This document shows, in pieces, positions 19,260 through 28,699 of a stretch of 64,000 nucleotides of DNA. The DNA comes from Planctomycetota bacterium. Its GTDB lineage: Bacteria > Planctomycetota > UBA1135. Each line of letters begins with the position of its first letter. Positions within the stretch are counted from its first letter, which is position 1. Made by a program: the position numbers and the translations under genes. The notes beneath the pieces are model-generated. The model was not told the origin of the DNA. It searched no databases and saw only the letters and a list, made by a program, of their open reading frames with translations. The stretch is from assembly GCA_045047305.1 (NCBI GenBank), contig JASFYO010000002.1, forward strand, positions 64,001 through 128,000, given 5' to 3'.

Positions 19260-20567
19260 CTAATTCGAATCTTCCGCTTGATCAAACGGATCGAAGAATT
19301 CGCCGACACCAAAACGATCGATACTTGGACGATCCTTAATCTTTGGCGTGAACATAAAGGTCACGGTGGTTTCTACATCTTCATCCGAGCGCGAGGAGAA
19401 AAGCCAACCGATGATTGGGATGTCGCCCAAGATGGGTACCTTACTCTCACTCTCGCGGTGCTCAACAAGCTTTAATCCGCCGATGATTACGTGGGTGCCG
19501 TTACGCACATAAACCTCGGTGCTCGCTTTGCGCGTATTCAAAGAAGGCGCCACGATTTGCTGGTTGTTGCCGTCGGTACCAATCACAAAGTCTTGGCCGA
19601 GGCGACTTATTTCAACATCAATCACCAAGTGGATGGTGTCGACGCCGACAAGGAATGGCGTCACAAACATCTTCACTCCGACCGTATTGGTTCCAATGGT
19701 AAAGACTGTGGCTCCATTCAAAGTTACGTTTCCAACTTTGAGAAATGGGATCTCTTCCGTCGACTCCACCGAGGCGGTCACACCATTGCGAGTGACAATC
19801 CGCGGCTGCGAAACAATATCCACCAAGCCCTTTTGACGCAAAAACTGGAGCACGGCATCCAACTGAAAGGAGGAGTCAATCAGTCCAACCTGGAACGCAC
19901 CTCCAAGCCCTGACCCAGACGTGGTTGGGTTGCTTGGGGCAGGAAAGCTACCACCAATACTGCGCAGGAAGGCGTTGGATTGCGCGTCTTGGAACAAAGG
20001 GTTACCCGCGACCTGAACCATGCCGCGATCGAATGCAGAGTTGTTCAGGTTTTCAGTAACCACGGCCTCGATGGAGATTTGCGGTCCAGAGTTAAACCAA
20101 GAATCGACTGCATCGAAAATCTCGCGCAGAGAGTCCTCATCTCCTGTCACAATCAATAGGTCTTCGACCGCACTGAACTTGCCTGCAGTCACCCAAGGAA
20201 AGCGTTTTGAGGTGAGATCATTACTGTAAACCTTGCCACCGCCAGCAATGACGTCCACCGACGCCTCTGCAGTGCCGCCTTCCGGCACTTGGAGACAGGC
20301 ACAATGGTCATCTAGCCTTTTCTTGAACTCATCGCCGCTTCCCTGTGGGACGGTAAGGACAGCACCCAAAGTCCCGTCTGCATTTTCATGAATGCGGACA
20401 TAAGGAAACTCTTCCTCAAACGACTGGGGGCCGGAAAAAACCGGCGCCGCCACAATCGTTTGTGGGGCTTCCGGCTCGCTCTCGAAAAACGAGCACGCTT
20501 GGAGGCTTAAAGCCCCCGACAAGGCAAGCACGCCAAGAACCAAACGCGGCTGGCGCGGAGAAAACAT
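19260..20567 (-). CDS. Short secretin (type II/III secretion family, GspD/PilQ-like), probable lipoprotein
   Basis: PQISIEAVVTE, SQPRIVTRNG..A, GVKMFVTP, TEVYVRNG..VIIGGL, KVPILGDIPIIGWLF; lipobox LQAC. Confidence 0.85.
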   Translation of the reverse strand: MFSPRQPRLVLGVLALSGALSLQACSFFESEPEAPQTIVAAPVFSGPQSFEEEFPYVRIHENADGTLGAVLTVPQGSGDEFKKRLDDHCACLQVPEGGTAEASVDVIAGGGKVYSNDLTSKRFPWVTAGKFSAVEDLLIVTGDEDSLREIFDAVDSWFNSGPQISIEAVVTENLNNSAFDRGMVQVAGNPLFQDAQSNAFLRSIGGSFPAPSNPTTSGSGLGGAFQVGLIDSSFQLDAVLQFLRQKGLVDIVSQPRIVTRNGVTASVESTEEIPFLKVGNVTLNGATVFTIGTNTVGVKMFVTPFLVGVDTIHLVIDVEISRLGQDFVIGTDGNNQQIVAPSLNTRKASTEVYVRNGTHVIIGGLKLVEHRESESKVPILGDIPIIGWLFSSRSDEDVETTVTFMFTPKIKDRPSIDRFGVGEFFDPFDQAEDSN

Positions 20568-20583
20568 GAGCGCCTTAAAGGAG

Positions 20584-21003
20584 CTACAGGGCAGAGATGA
20601 TGTCCGAGGTTGCATCGGTCACATGAGCGTAACCGGAAATGCCTCCCTCTTCCACGATGAGCGCAAAGCTCTTCTCGGCGGCAACCTTTTTCAGGGCAGC
20701 TTTATAGCTCTTGGTTGCCTGACGGATTAGCTTGTTGTAGCGGGCCGAACCCTTCTCAAGGCCCTCTTTCTGGATGGCCTGGTAAGCAGGGATTTGTTCA
20801 TAAATCTCTGTGGAGCGGATAGTTCCGACCGTTTGCGCACCTTCAACATCGAATTTACTGACATTGCCATGACGCACTTTGCTCCGATCGAGGTGCACCT
20901 CTTCTATGGTCAGAACAGGATTCTCAGATACGGCTTTAACCATCGGTGCGGCGATGGAAAGGGAGAGTGCTACAAGAGCAAAAGTAAGCAGAGGTTTCAT
21001 CAT
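20584..21003 (-). CDS. Small secreted protein with an OmpH/Skp-like core
   Basis: Signal peptide; C-terminal ALKKVAAEKSFALIV...DATSDIISAL resembles the Skp trimerisation core. Confidence 0.55.
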   Translation of the reverse strand: MMKPLLTFALVALSLSIAAPMVKAVSENPVLTIEEVHLDRSKVRHGNVSKFDVEGAQTVGTIRSTEIYEQIPAYQAIQKEGLEKGSARYNKLIRQATKSYKAALKKVAAEKSFALIVEEGGISGYAHVTDATSDIISAL

Positions 21004-21085
21004 GGTCCTTTGTAAGCCTTCAGTGTATTTTTTAAACGGCCCAGATGGAAGACTATTTGCCTTTTTTTAGGCAGAAACGGCCTTT

Positions 21086-21112
21086 TTATCGGTTTTCTCA
21101 GCGAATTGCTGA
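21086..21112 (-). promoter_or_regulatory. Candidate sigma-28-type promoter (TCAG-N15-ACCGATAA)
   Basis: -10 matches GCCGATAA at 7/8 with 15-nt spacing; -35 match is weak. Confidence 0.3.
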
Positions 21113-21136
21113 AGGAACCACAAGATATAGACGCAA

Positions 21137-21173
21137 GAAGGCACGAACCCCCACTATAGGAATTCGTGCCTTC
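21137..21173 (-). terminator. Hairpin downstream of pnp (probable intrinsic terminator)
   Basis: 11-bp inverted repeat GAAGGCACGAA / TTCGTGCCTTC just after the pnp stop. Confidence 0.7.
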
Positions 21174-21187
21174 GTAAAAACTATGAC

Positions 21188-23476
21188 CTAAACGCGCTCA
21201 CGACGGCCACTATCACGGCCTCCGCGGTCACGATCCCGTCCGCCACGATCATCACGACCACGTCCACGGTCGTCACGACCACGCCCGCGATCGCCGGATG
21301 GGCGCGAAGGACGTGCTGCTGCTGCGATAGCATCCGCTACTTCCTCCTCTGGCAACATGGCGATACGACGGCTCAGACGAATCTTGCCGGAACGCTCATC
21401 CACGTTGACCACGATGACATCGATCATGTCGTCTTCATTGCACACGTCCGAAACTTGCTCGGTGCGCTCAGGTGCCAACTCAGAGATGTGACACATGCCT
21501 TCCTGACCGCCGCCTAGATCGACGAAGCAACCGAAGTCCTTGACTCCCGTAACCTTGCCGTTGAAGCGCTCACCGATTGCAATGACGCGGGTCTGCTGAC
21601 GAATACGCTCGATACAGGCCTCGACGTTCTCGACTGGAGTACCCGAAACTTGAACGTTGCCTTCCTCATCGAGGATGTTCACGTTCACGCCGTAGGTTTC
21701 CTGCAGCATGCGAATGTTCGCACCCTTTGGACCAATCACGAAGCCAATCTTCTCCTTAGGTACCTTGACCGACTTGTTGGCCGGTGCGTACTGCGAGATG
21801 TTTTCGCGAGCACCATCCAGTGCTTCCGCCATCTTGCCAAGAATGTGCATACGACCTTCTTGAGCTTGGGTGATGGCCTCAGACATGATGTCTGCGCTAA
21901 GCCCTTTGACCTTGATGTCCATCTGCAAAGCGGTGATGCCTGCTTCGGTTCCAGTGACCTTGAAGTCCATGTCGCCATGGTGATCTTCGGAACCGAGGAT
22001 GTCGGACAGAATGTTGTACTGACCAGTTTCCTCATCCATGATGAGGCCCATGGCGATACCAGCTACAGGAGCCTTCAGTGGCACACCGGCATCGAGCATC
22101 GACAAGCAACCACCACAGACCGAAGCCATCGACGACGAGCCGTTGGACTCGGTGATGTCGGACACGATGCGGATGGTGTAAGGGAAGTCGGTGTGATCCG
22201 GCAGCATTGGGCGCAGTGCGCGCTCAGCTAAGTTGCCGTGACCTTTCTCACGCCGCGAAGTACCGCGCAACATCTTGGCCTCACCGGTACAGAACGGTGG
22301 GAAGTTGTAGTGCAGGAAGAACTTGTTCTTGGTCTTCTCGGCGTTAAGGCCGTCGATGAACATTTCATCGTCTGAAGAACCCAGGGTTGTGGCCACAATC
22401 GCTTGGGTCTCACCGCGAGTGAACAAGGTGGAACCGTGCACGCGAGGTAGCAAGCCGGTTTCGATGTCGATCTGACGGATGGTCTTGCCATCGCGACCGT
22501 CGACGCGCTTGTTGTTCAAAGTCATCTTGCGCTCGATGTCGTTAGCAACACGCTTGGCGCCCGACTTGTAACGCTTCTGCTCAGCCTGAGCTTCGTCAGA
22601 ATCGCCTTCCGGCGCCATCTCTGCGATGACCTGCTTGACGAATGCATCGACAGCAGCGTAACGCTCGAACTTGCCCTGAGTCATCAGAACGGCTTCGACG
22701 TGAGCCTCACCATACTTGGCGAGCACTTCTTCTGCAGTTGCGGTATCGGCAACTGGAGCTTCAACGACCAGCTTCTCTGCACCACACATGCCGCGCAGTT
22801 CATCCAGCATCGCGATGATTTCCTTGATGACGCCGTGACCGGTTGCAAGCACGTTGGGCACTTCCGAGTCAGGAAGTTCCTTTGCACCAGCTTCCACCAT
22901 GCAGACGGCAGCTTCGGTTCCAGACATGGTGAGATCGAGAATGTTCTCGTTCATTTCCAACACCGACTTGGTCGGGTTGATGATGACGTTGCCATCGACG
23001 AAGCCGAGGCGGATCGCACCCATGGCACCTTCGAATGGAATGTGCGAGAGGTGGATGGCAGCCATACCGCCGATCATCGACAGCACTTCTGGCTCGTTTT
23101 CCTGGTCAAAGGAAAGTACCGACGACATGACCTGCACTTCGTTTTGGAAGCCGGCTGCGAACATCGGGCGGACCGAACGATCCAACATACGCATAGCGAG
23201 CACTTCCTTTAGAGTCGGTGCTGCTTCACGCTTAAAGAAACCGCCAGGAATTTTTCCTGCGGAGTAAGTCTTTTCACGGTAATCCACCGTGAGAGGGAAG
23301 AAAGGCAGATCCTTAGGACCGCCGTCCACAACCGTGGACATGACCACCGTTTCGCCGTAGCTAACAATGACCGCGCCAGTTGCTTGCTTAGCAATCCAGC
23401 CGGTTTCGATGGTAAGGGTGCGACCACCGATCTCACGTGAGACCGATTTCACATTAGGGTTGGAAGAAATTGTCAT
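21188..23476 (-). CDS. pnp: Polyribonucleotide nucleotidyltransferase (PNPase)
   Basis: FFPLTVDYRE, GKIPGGFFKRE, FTRGETQ, SNGSSSMASVCGG, GDMDFKV, KH and S1 domains; follows rpsO. Confidence 0.97.
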   Translation of the reverse strand: MTISSNPNVKSVSREIGGRTLTIETGWIAKQATGAVIVSYGETVVMSTVVDGGPKDLPFFPLTVDYREKTYSAGKIPGGFFKREAAPTLKEVLAMRMLDRSVRPMFAAGFQNEVQVMSSVLSFDQENEPEVLSMIGGMAAIHLSHIPFEGAMGAIRLGFVDGNVIINPTKSVLEMNENILDLTMSGTEAAVCMVEAGAKELPDSEVPNVLATGHGVIKEIIAMLDELRGMCGAEKLVVEAPVADTATAEEVLAKYGEAHVEAVLMTQGKFERYAAVDAFVKQVIAEMAPEGDSDEAQAEQKRYKSGAKRVANDIERKMTLNNKRVDGRDGKTIRQIDIETGLLPRVHGSTLFTRGETQAIVATTLGSSDDEMFIDGLNAEKTKNKFFLHYNFPPFCTGEAKMLRGTSRREKGHGNLAERALRPMLPDHTDFPYTIRIVSDITESNGSSSMASVCGGCLSMLDAGVPLKAPVAGIAMGLIMDEETGQYNILSDILGSEDHHGDMDFKVTGTEAGITALQMDIKVKGLSADIMSEAITQAQEGRMHILGKMAEALDGARENISQYAPANKSVKVPKEKIGFVIGPKGANIRMLQETYGVNVNILDEEGNVQVSGTPVENVEACIERIRQQTRVIAIGERFNGKVTGVKDFGCFVDLGGGQEGMCHISELAPERTEQVSDVCNEDDMIDVIVVNVDERSGKIRLSRRIAMLPEEEVADAIAAAARPSRPSGDRGRGRDDRGRGRDDRGGRDRDRGGRDSGRRERV

Positions 23477-23583
23477 TCCGCTATTCCGCTTTGTAATTTT
23501 GTGTTTTTTTTCGAACATTCCGCAAATTCAGCAATGGGCATTTCGCTCCTCTTAGGCTGAACGGGTCCTCCGATGTGACCCTG

Positions 23584-23620
23584 GAAAAACATTGAGCACC
23601 GCCAGATGACGGTGCTCAAT
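23584..23620 (-). terminator. Intrinsic terminator after rpsO
   Basis: ATTGAGCACCG / CGGTGCTCAAT stem (23591-23620) followed by GTTTTT on the minus strand. Confidence 0.8.
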
Positions 23621-23632
23621 CGGAGAGGTTGA

Positions 23633-23905
23633 TTATCCTCTGATGCCGAGTTTCTCAACAAGTTCGTGATGCCGGTGGGCATCCGTCTTGCGCAAGTACT
23701 TCATCAGACGGCGGCGCTGTGCCACCTGGCCAAGTAGACCGCGGCGGGTGCCGTTGTCCTTCTTGTGGATTTTCAGGTGTTCCGTAAGCTCTTTGATGCT
23801 CTCGGTGAGGAGTGCAATCTGTACTTCTGCGGAACCGGTATCGCCCTCGGTGCGGGCGAATTCCTTAACGATTTTTGCTTTCGTATCTTTGTCAATGACG
23901 GACAT
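23633..23905 (-). CDS. rpsO: 30S ribosomal protein S15
   Basis: [40 protein letters not shown] upstream. Confidence 0.98.
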   Translation of the reverse strand: MSVIDKDTKAKIVKEFARTEGDTGSAEVQIALLTESIKELTEHLKIHKKDNGTRRGLLGQVAQRRRLMKYLRKTDAHRHHELVEKLGIRG

Positions 23906-24000
23906 GGTTTTTCCTCTAGGTGTTACCGTCGGGGTGGACAGTGTCCACTATGCCTTAATTTCAAGAAAGAGGTCCCTGAACAAAAGGTCGAAGGATTATA
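23906..24000 (-). promoter_or_regulatory. rpsO -10 box (TATAAT 24000-23995) and structured 5' leader
   Basis: Exact TATAAT; two hairpins in the leader, including GTGGAC-ACT-GTCCAC (23934-23948). Confidence 0.55.
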
Positions 24001-24011
24001 GCCAGATTCGG

Positions 24012-26918
24012 CTAAAAATCTAGACTTGTTCCCACGGCAGCACGTGCCCAGGAAATCGCATCGCGCTCAAGCTCGGAGAAAAAGAAGCCAGACTCCAGGA
24101 AGCCACCTGGCATTTCAAAGGCCTCTACGGTGGGACTCCAGGAGCCACCGGGAAGCATTTCGAGCGGTGGCGTGCCAACAGCTGCAGCTGGGGAATCCTT
24201 CAGGGTTGGAAAGCCAAGTACCAGTGGGTCAGCCACGGATGCGCTGGAGGCAATCCAGAAATGCCAGCGCCCTGGAATCGCAGCGGTATCTTCGATGCTG
24301 AGACGGTAGAAGCCGCCAGATCCACCTAGAGTGTTGGTGAAAGAGTGACTAAATGGGTAAGCCGCAGTCGAACTCCAAACACCGTCGGTTGGGACATCGG
24401 GCAAAGTCAGGAAAACGTCGGCGGGCGAAGCGGCCAAGGGGGCCTCCACACGGGCTAAAGCTTGATTGCCAGAAGCATCTTCGATGAATACTTGCAAGAT
24501 GACGTTCGCCGCATCGGCGCCTTCCACCACGGCAAGGTCGTGCAGGCTGAGTTCGAGCTCTGCGTCGCCGTTCACTCCCCCGCCAGAGAGATTAACCGAG
24601 CCAGCGCCAAGGCCAACAAACCCGGGAATCCCAGGGATGACGGTTCCTACCAAGGCATTGCTATCGGTCAAAGTGCCAACCCCAGCACCCGGGGAAACGC
24701 GCAACGGGTAAATGAAATTGGTTGAGGATGCGATTTGATTGCTACTCTCAACCATGGCCAACACTGGCGGAGTGACAGCAGATCCGGTGCTTGGCTCCAG
24801 CAATACGTGAGCATCAACTCCGTAGAAGCGGAAGTAACGGCTTGGTGCATCGAAGGCTGCGACATCATGGAATGCCGCGTACCACCCCAATCGATTCAAG
24901 CGCGAGGTGACGCTCCCAAAAATACTGTTGAGATCCAAGCCTTGGAGACTGTCCGGATCTATGCCGCCAGCGCTGGTGGCAAACAAGTTACTGGTGACAT
25001 CGAGTTGGCCACTGGTCAGGCCGGTGACTAGCGGTCCCATCGAAGCGAGCAGTGGATTCGCCGTTGGCATCGGCACGGAGATCTCTGCAGTGTTGAAACC
25101 AACCACACTGACACTGTCGTAGCCGACCCGCTCCAAAGTAATCGTTTGGGCGCCGCTGCGCGCAGCAAAGGTGAAAGAGCCATCGCTGCCGGTGGAGCCA
25201 AAATCTTCGTTACCACCACCGAAATCTTCAATGTGCACGATGGCACCACCGAGAGTCACAAGTGCGTCGCGATCAAAAGCAGTGACGCGTAAATCGCCGC
25301 CGCCACCAGGAAGAGGCGTGGAGCCGAGGAATCCACGGAAGGCAACACTACCTGGAGACGGGAAGGTTGCTGGGTTGCCGGCTTCGTCGGTCAAAGTAAT
25401 GTCGAACAGCAAAGGTCCTTCAGTGACCACCAGAGGATCAAAGAAAGGGCCTACGAAAAAGTTGCTGCTAGGCGGTTCCGGCATGCTGCGCGCTTTGCTC
25501 AGGATGGTCGGAGGAAAGGAGGAGTCAATTTGAGCAATTGGCTCACTGGCACGACCATAAGGGCGGAACCGCGGCAAATCCGTCACGAATTGACTGCCGA
25601 ACTGCCCAGCAGGCGGACCGTAGTTAAACAGCAATGGGCGCACTAAATCATGCGCAACGGTAGTTTCCAGATTGTCCACATCGCGCAACACTTGAACGCT
25701 ACTGCGCAAACCATCGCGTTCCACGTAGCTGCCAAGAATCAAAGTCGAGCTGGATCCGAACAGAGCCAAGGAATTGACGTCGGTGAGATCTAAGGTGAAA
25801 TCAATGATGCCAGTAGCAGCTGGCAAAGTGGATGACACGAAACCAGAGTCTCCGCTTTCGTGCACGAGGAGATGCACGACATCCGTTGGTTGCACCGCAA
25901 CTGGAGTGGTAATGCGCACTGGGAATGCAGCTTGATTCGCAAGATTCACGGCCGGGGCAAAAGCACCGAAGTTCGCTAGGTCAAAGCCAACTGTTGTAGG
26001 CCGCCCAAATGCCAAGGTGCCCCAGGTGGCGGCATAGGAAGAAGCCAAAGCTTGTGGCACAAACTCGGCATCAGTCAAAGTGGTGTTGACATCTAACTGC
26101 ATGTTTGCGCCGATGTCGTCGGCATCATCTAGATGCGGGAATTCGAACACCCGGTTACCCGCATGACGAAACTCCAAGTCAGCGGCAAGGTCATAGTTGC
26201 CGGCAGCGGAGACCGTGGCATTGGTCAAGCTGACCGCACTGGTGATTCCAGTGAAATCCATCGCTTTGGAGAAGGCCACAATGACCGGCGCATCATTAGG
26301 GATACCTGTACTCCCAACCGGCGGGAAGGAACCAATCACAATGGGGGCCTGTCCGGCGAAGCTGGCCGAAGTCGTGAACCGAGACAAACGCCCGCTCGCA
26401 GGAAGGCTTAGGCGCTCTCCATCGAGGTCGGTGATGTCGTCCGTCGCCACGATTTCAAACTGAGTGCTAGGGCTCAAAAACGCCAGAGGCGCCATGACTA
26501 AACAGCGGTTACCCGCGAGCCAAGTCAGTTCTGTAGTGATCGGGAACTCTGGAGTGGCCACTGCACGCAAAATCAGCGAAGCCGAAGTCACCGTATCTGT
26601 GCGCATACTCTCGCTGAACCAAAAGACGATGGGAGTGTGAACATCTAGCTCGGTAGCACGATCACTTGGAGCGATGGCATCTAGGCTGGGACGGCCAGAA
26701 GCTAAAAAGGCTCCTGCAATCGGTGCGGCCGAGGGGCCATTTTCTCGTGGAGGTGTACCGCCATCTCCCCCACCAGCGCCACCACCGGTGTTATTCGGGT
26801 CAAAGATGGATCCAGGATTTCCGGTACTACAGGTACCCGCAAACAATCCCAGACATAAAAGCAGGGATAAGGCGGGCAGGACCCGGGACAGGATGTTCTT
26901 GGTTAGGTTGGCCTGCAT
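24012..26918 (-). CDS. Large surface/secreted protein with Ig-like (Big_5/SbsA-type) domains, probable lipoprotein
   Basis: Hydrophobic signal ending FAGTC; Gly-rich linker; two P......V....FS..M repeats; a carboxypeptidase-regulatory-like segment (TGSDGSFTF). Start is 26918 or 26927. Confidence 0.7.
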   Translation of the reverse strand: MQANLTKNILSRVLPALSLLLCLGLFAGTCSTGNPGSIFDPNNTGGGAGGGDGGTPPRENGPSAAPIAGAFLASGRPSLDAIAPSDRATELDVHTPIVFWFSESMRTDTVTSASLILRAVATPEFPITTELTWLAGNRCLVMAPLAFLSPSTQFEIVATDDITDLDGERLSLPASGRLSRFTTSASFAGQAPIVIGSFPPVGSTGIPNDAPVIVAFSKAMDFTGITSAVSLTNATVSAAGNYDLAADLEFRHAGNRVFEFPHLDDADDIGANMQLDVNTTLTDAEFVPQALASSYAATWGTLAFGRPTTVGFDLANFGAFAPAVNLANQAAFPVRITTPVAVQPTDVVHLLVHESGDSGFVSSTLPAATGIIDFTLDLTDVNSLALFGSSSTLILGSYVERDGLRSSVQVLRDVDNLETTVAHDLVRPLLFNYGPPAGQFGSQFVTDLPRFRPYGRASEPIAQIDSSFPPTILSKARSMPEPPSSNFFVGPFFDPLVVTEGPLLFDITLTDEAGNPATFPSPGSVAFRGFLGSTPLPGGGGDLRVTAFDRDALVTLGGAIVHIEDFGGGNEDFGSTGSDGSFTFAARSGAQTITLERVGYDSVSVVGFNTAEISVPMPTANPLLASMGPLVTGLTSGQLDVTSNLFATSAGGIDPDSLQGLDLNSIFGSVTSRLNRLGWYAAFHDVAAFDAPSRYFRFYGVDAHVLLEPSTGSAVTPPVLAMVESSNQIASSTNFIYPLRVSPGAGVGTLTDSNALVGTVIPGIPGFVGLGAGSVNLSGGGVNGDAELELSLHDLAVVEGADAANVILQVFIEDASGNQALARVEAPLAASPADVFLTLPDVPTDGVWSSTAAYPFSHSFTNTLGGSGGFYRLSIEDTAAIPGRWHFWIASSASVADPLVLGFPTLKDSPAAAVGTPPLEMLPGGSWSPTVEAFEMPGGFLESGFFFSELERDAISWARAAVGTSLDF

Positions 26919-26947
26919 GATGCTCATCTATAATGACGCACTCGCCC

Positions 26948-28699
26948 ATGAGTTTCCGCCCCGAATTCCATACTCTTCTATTCGCTGGCCTTTTGGCCGG
27001 CCTTGGAAGCTGCCAAGGGTCTCATCCGACCACCACAGCGCAAAACGAAATGCCTCCTTTGGAGCAGGCTGAGCACAATGTCGCCACTTCCGACGACAGT
27101 GCCCAGGCTGAACTTCCACCATCCCTGGAGGAATTGCAATCGCTTGCCGCTGAAGACCCCGCGTCCGCACTCAACAGAATGGACGATCTGCTTGCAGAAA
27201 ACCAGGGAAACGTGCCTTTATTGCTGCTTTTCGCCGACACCACCCTACGTCTTTTTGAGCAGAAGCAGGCCGACGGCAGCCTCACGCCTGGCCTGGCTTC
27301 CGACCTTCTCGACGACGCTCTAGGTGCCTACCAAGGTGCTCTCGCTATAGAAGGATCCTCCACAGCTGGGCTACTTGGCTTGGTGCGGAGCTATCGCCAG
27401 ATGGGTGACAGCGCCGCCGCTTGGGATGCTGCACTCGGACTTTTTGATCAGATATCGCCTGCCATCGAAGCCGGGAATGCCGTGGACTCCACACTCCTCG
27501 TCGCCATCGGGCAGGCCGGCCTCAGCGCAACCGTGGCTTCCATCCAAGCTGGTAACCCGGCACCTCGGTCCACTCATATCGCCATCCTGGCCCTGCAAAC
27601 CGCAATCGAGCAAGGGGATCCAAGCGCAACACTGCCGCTATCCGACCTATCTGCCTGGCTCGGCAACCCAACCTATGCCGCCGAGGTCATTGCCGCCGGC
27701 CTGCACCAATCCCCAAGCGACTTGGCCCTGTTTGGACGCCTGCAGAACCTAGGCAAACAAGACCGCAATCGCCAGGTAAGCCTCTTGGAACAGCTACGTC
27801 TGGATATACCTGACCAAGCGACTCCCCTTTGGTACTTAGGAGAAGCGCGTTACTTGCAGGGCCGCGAAACACGCTCGGCAGCGGATTACCTGAAAGCCCA
27901 GGAATGCTGGGATCGCGCTGAGGAGTCCTTCCTGCAAGCGATGGCCCTCGAACCAAGCTATACCGAAAGCTGCCAAGCCTGGCTACATTTGGTGCGCACT
28001 CAGCGTGGCTGGACCTTACGCGATGAAGGTCGCATTGCCGATGCAGCCGCCACCTTCTTGAGCACCCTTAAGGCAGACCCAAAGCGTCTAGAGCCGAATG
28101 CAGAAGCCGAAAGCCTGCACCTAGGCATCGACACCATCACCGGGGATTACTTCAATCGTGACGACCTCAAATCCGCGCGGCACTTCTTGCGCAATGTTTG
28201 TGCCGTTTACGACAAGAACTCCGACTGGACCAACAATCTCGGGTTCTTCTGTCGCGATTTAGGTGTGCAAGCTTTAGCCGCTGGCGATGACACTTTGGCG
28301 CAACAATATTTCGAAGAATCGTGGGAAGCATATAGCCGAACGGTGGAGCTTTCGCCCAACGAAGCACGCTTAGTCAACGACCGCGCGCTCATCGCAGTTT
28401 ATTATTTGGACCAGCATTGGCTACTTGCGGAACAAGAGTTGCATAGGGCGATTGAGCTTGGCATGAAAACCCTGGCCGAAATGGGTGAAGATGTTCCCGC
28501 TTCGGAACACGAATACTTCGACATGGCCGTCGGGGACGCCTGGGAGAATCTCGCCTACCTCTACCTCAACCGCTACGAGGAAATCGGAGACTCTGAAACC
28601 TACATCAATAACAGCCTGTTGCACTTCCCCTTTAAGCAGCGCTCAGGCATTCCGCCACTTCAGCGGAAACTCGAAGAACTGCGTAAACGCTCGCAATGA
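26948..28699 (+). CDS. TPR-repeat lipoprotein
   Basis: Lipobox LGSC; helical TPR repeats; TATAAT at 26929-26934 favours ATG 26948 over 26933. Confidence 0.75.
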   Translation: MSFRPEFHTLLFAGLLAGLGSCQGSHPTTTAQNEMPPLEQAEHNVATSDDSAQAELPPSLEELQSLAAEDPASALNRMDDLLAENQGNVPLLLLFADTTLRLFEQKQADGSLTPGLASDLLDDALGAYQGALAIEGSSTAGLLGLVRSYRQMGDSAAAWDAALGLFDQISPAIEAGNAVDSTLLVAIGQAGLSATVASIQAGNPAPRSTHIAILALQTAIEQGDPSATLPLSDLSAWLGNPTYAAEVIAAGLHQSPSDLALFGRLQNLGKQDRNRQVSLLEQLRLDIPDQATPLWYLGEARYLQGRETRSAADYLKAQECWDRAEESFLQAMALEPSYTESCQAWLHLVRTQRGWTLRDEGRIADAAATFLSTLKADPKRLEPNAEAESLHLGIDTITGDYFNRDDLKSARHFLRNVCAVYDKNSDWTNNLGFFCRDLGVQALAAGDDTLAQQYFEESWEAYSRTVELSPNEARLVNDRALIAVYYLDQHWLLAEQELHRAIELGMKTLAEMGEDVPASEHEYFDMAVGDAWENLAYLYLNRYEEIGDSETYINNSLLHFPFKQRSGIPPLQRKLEELRKRSQ

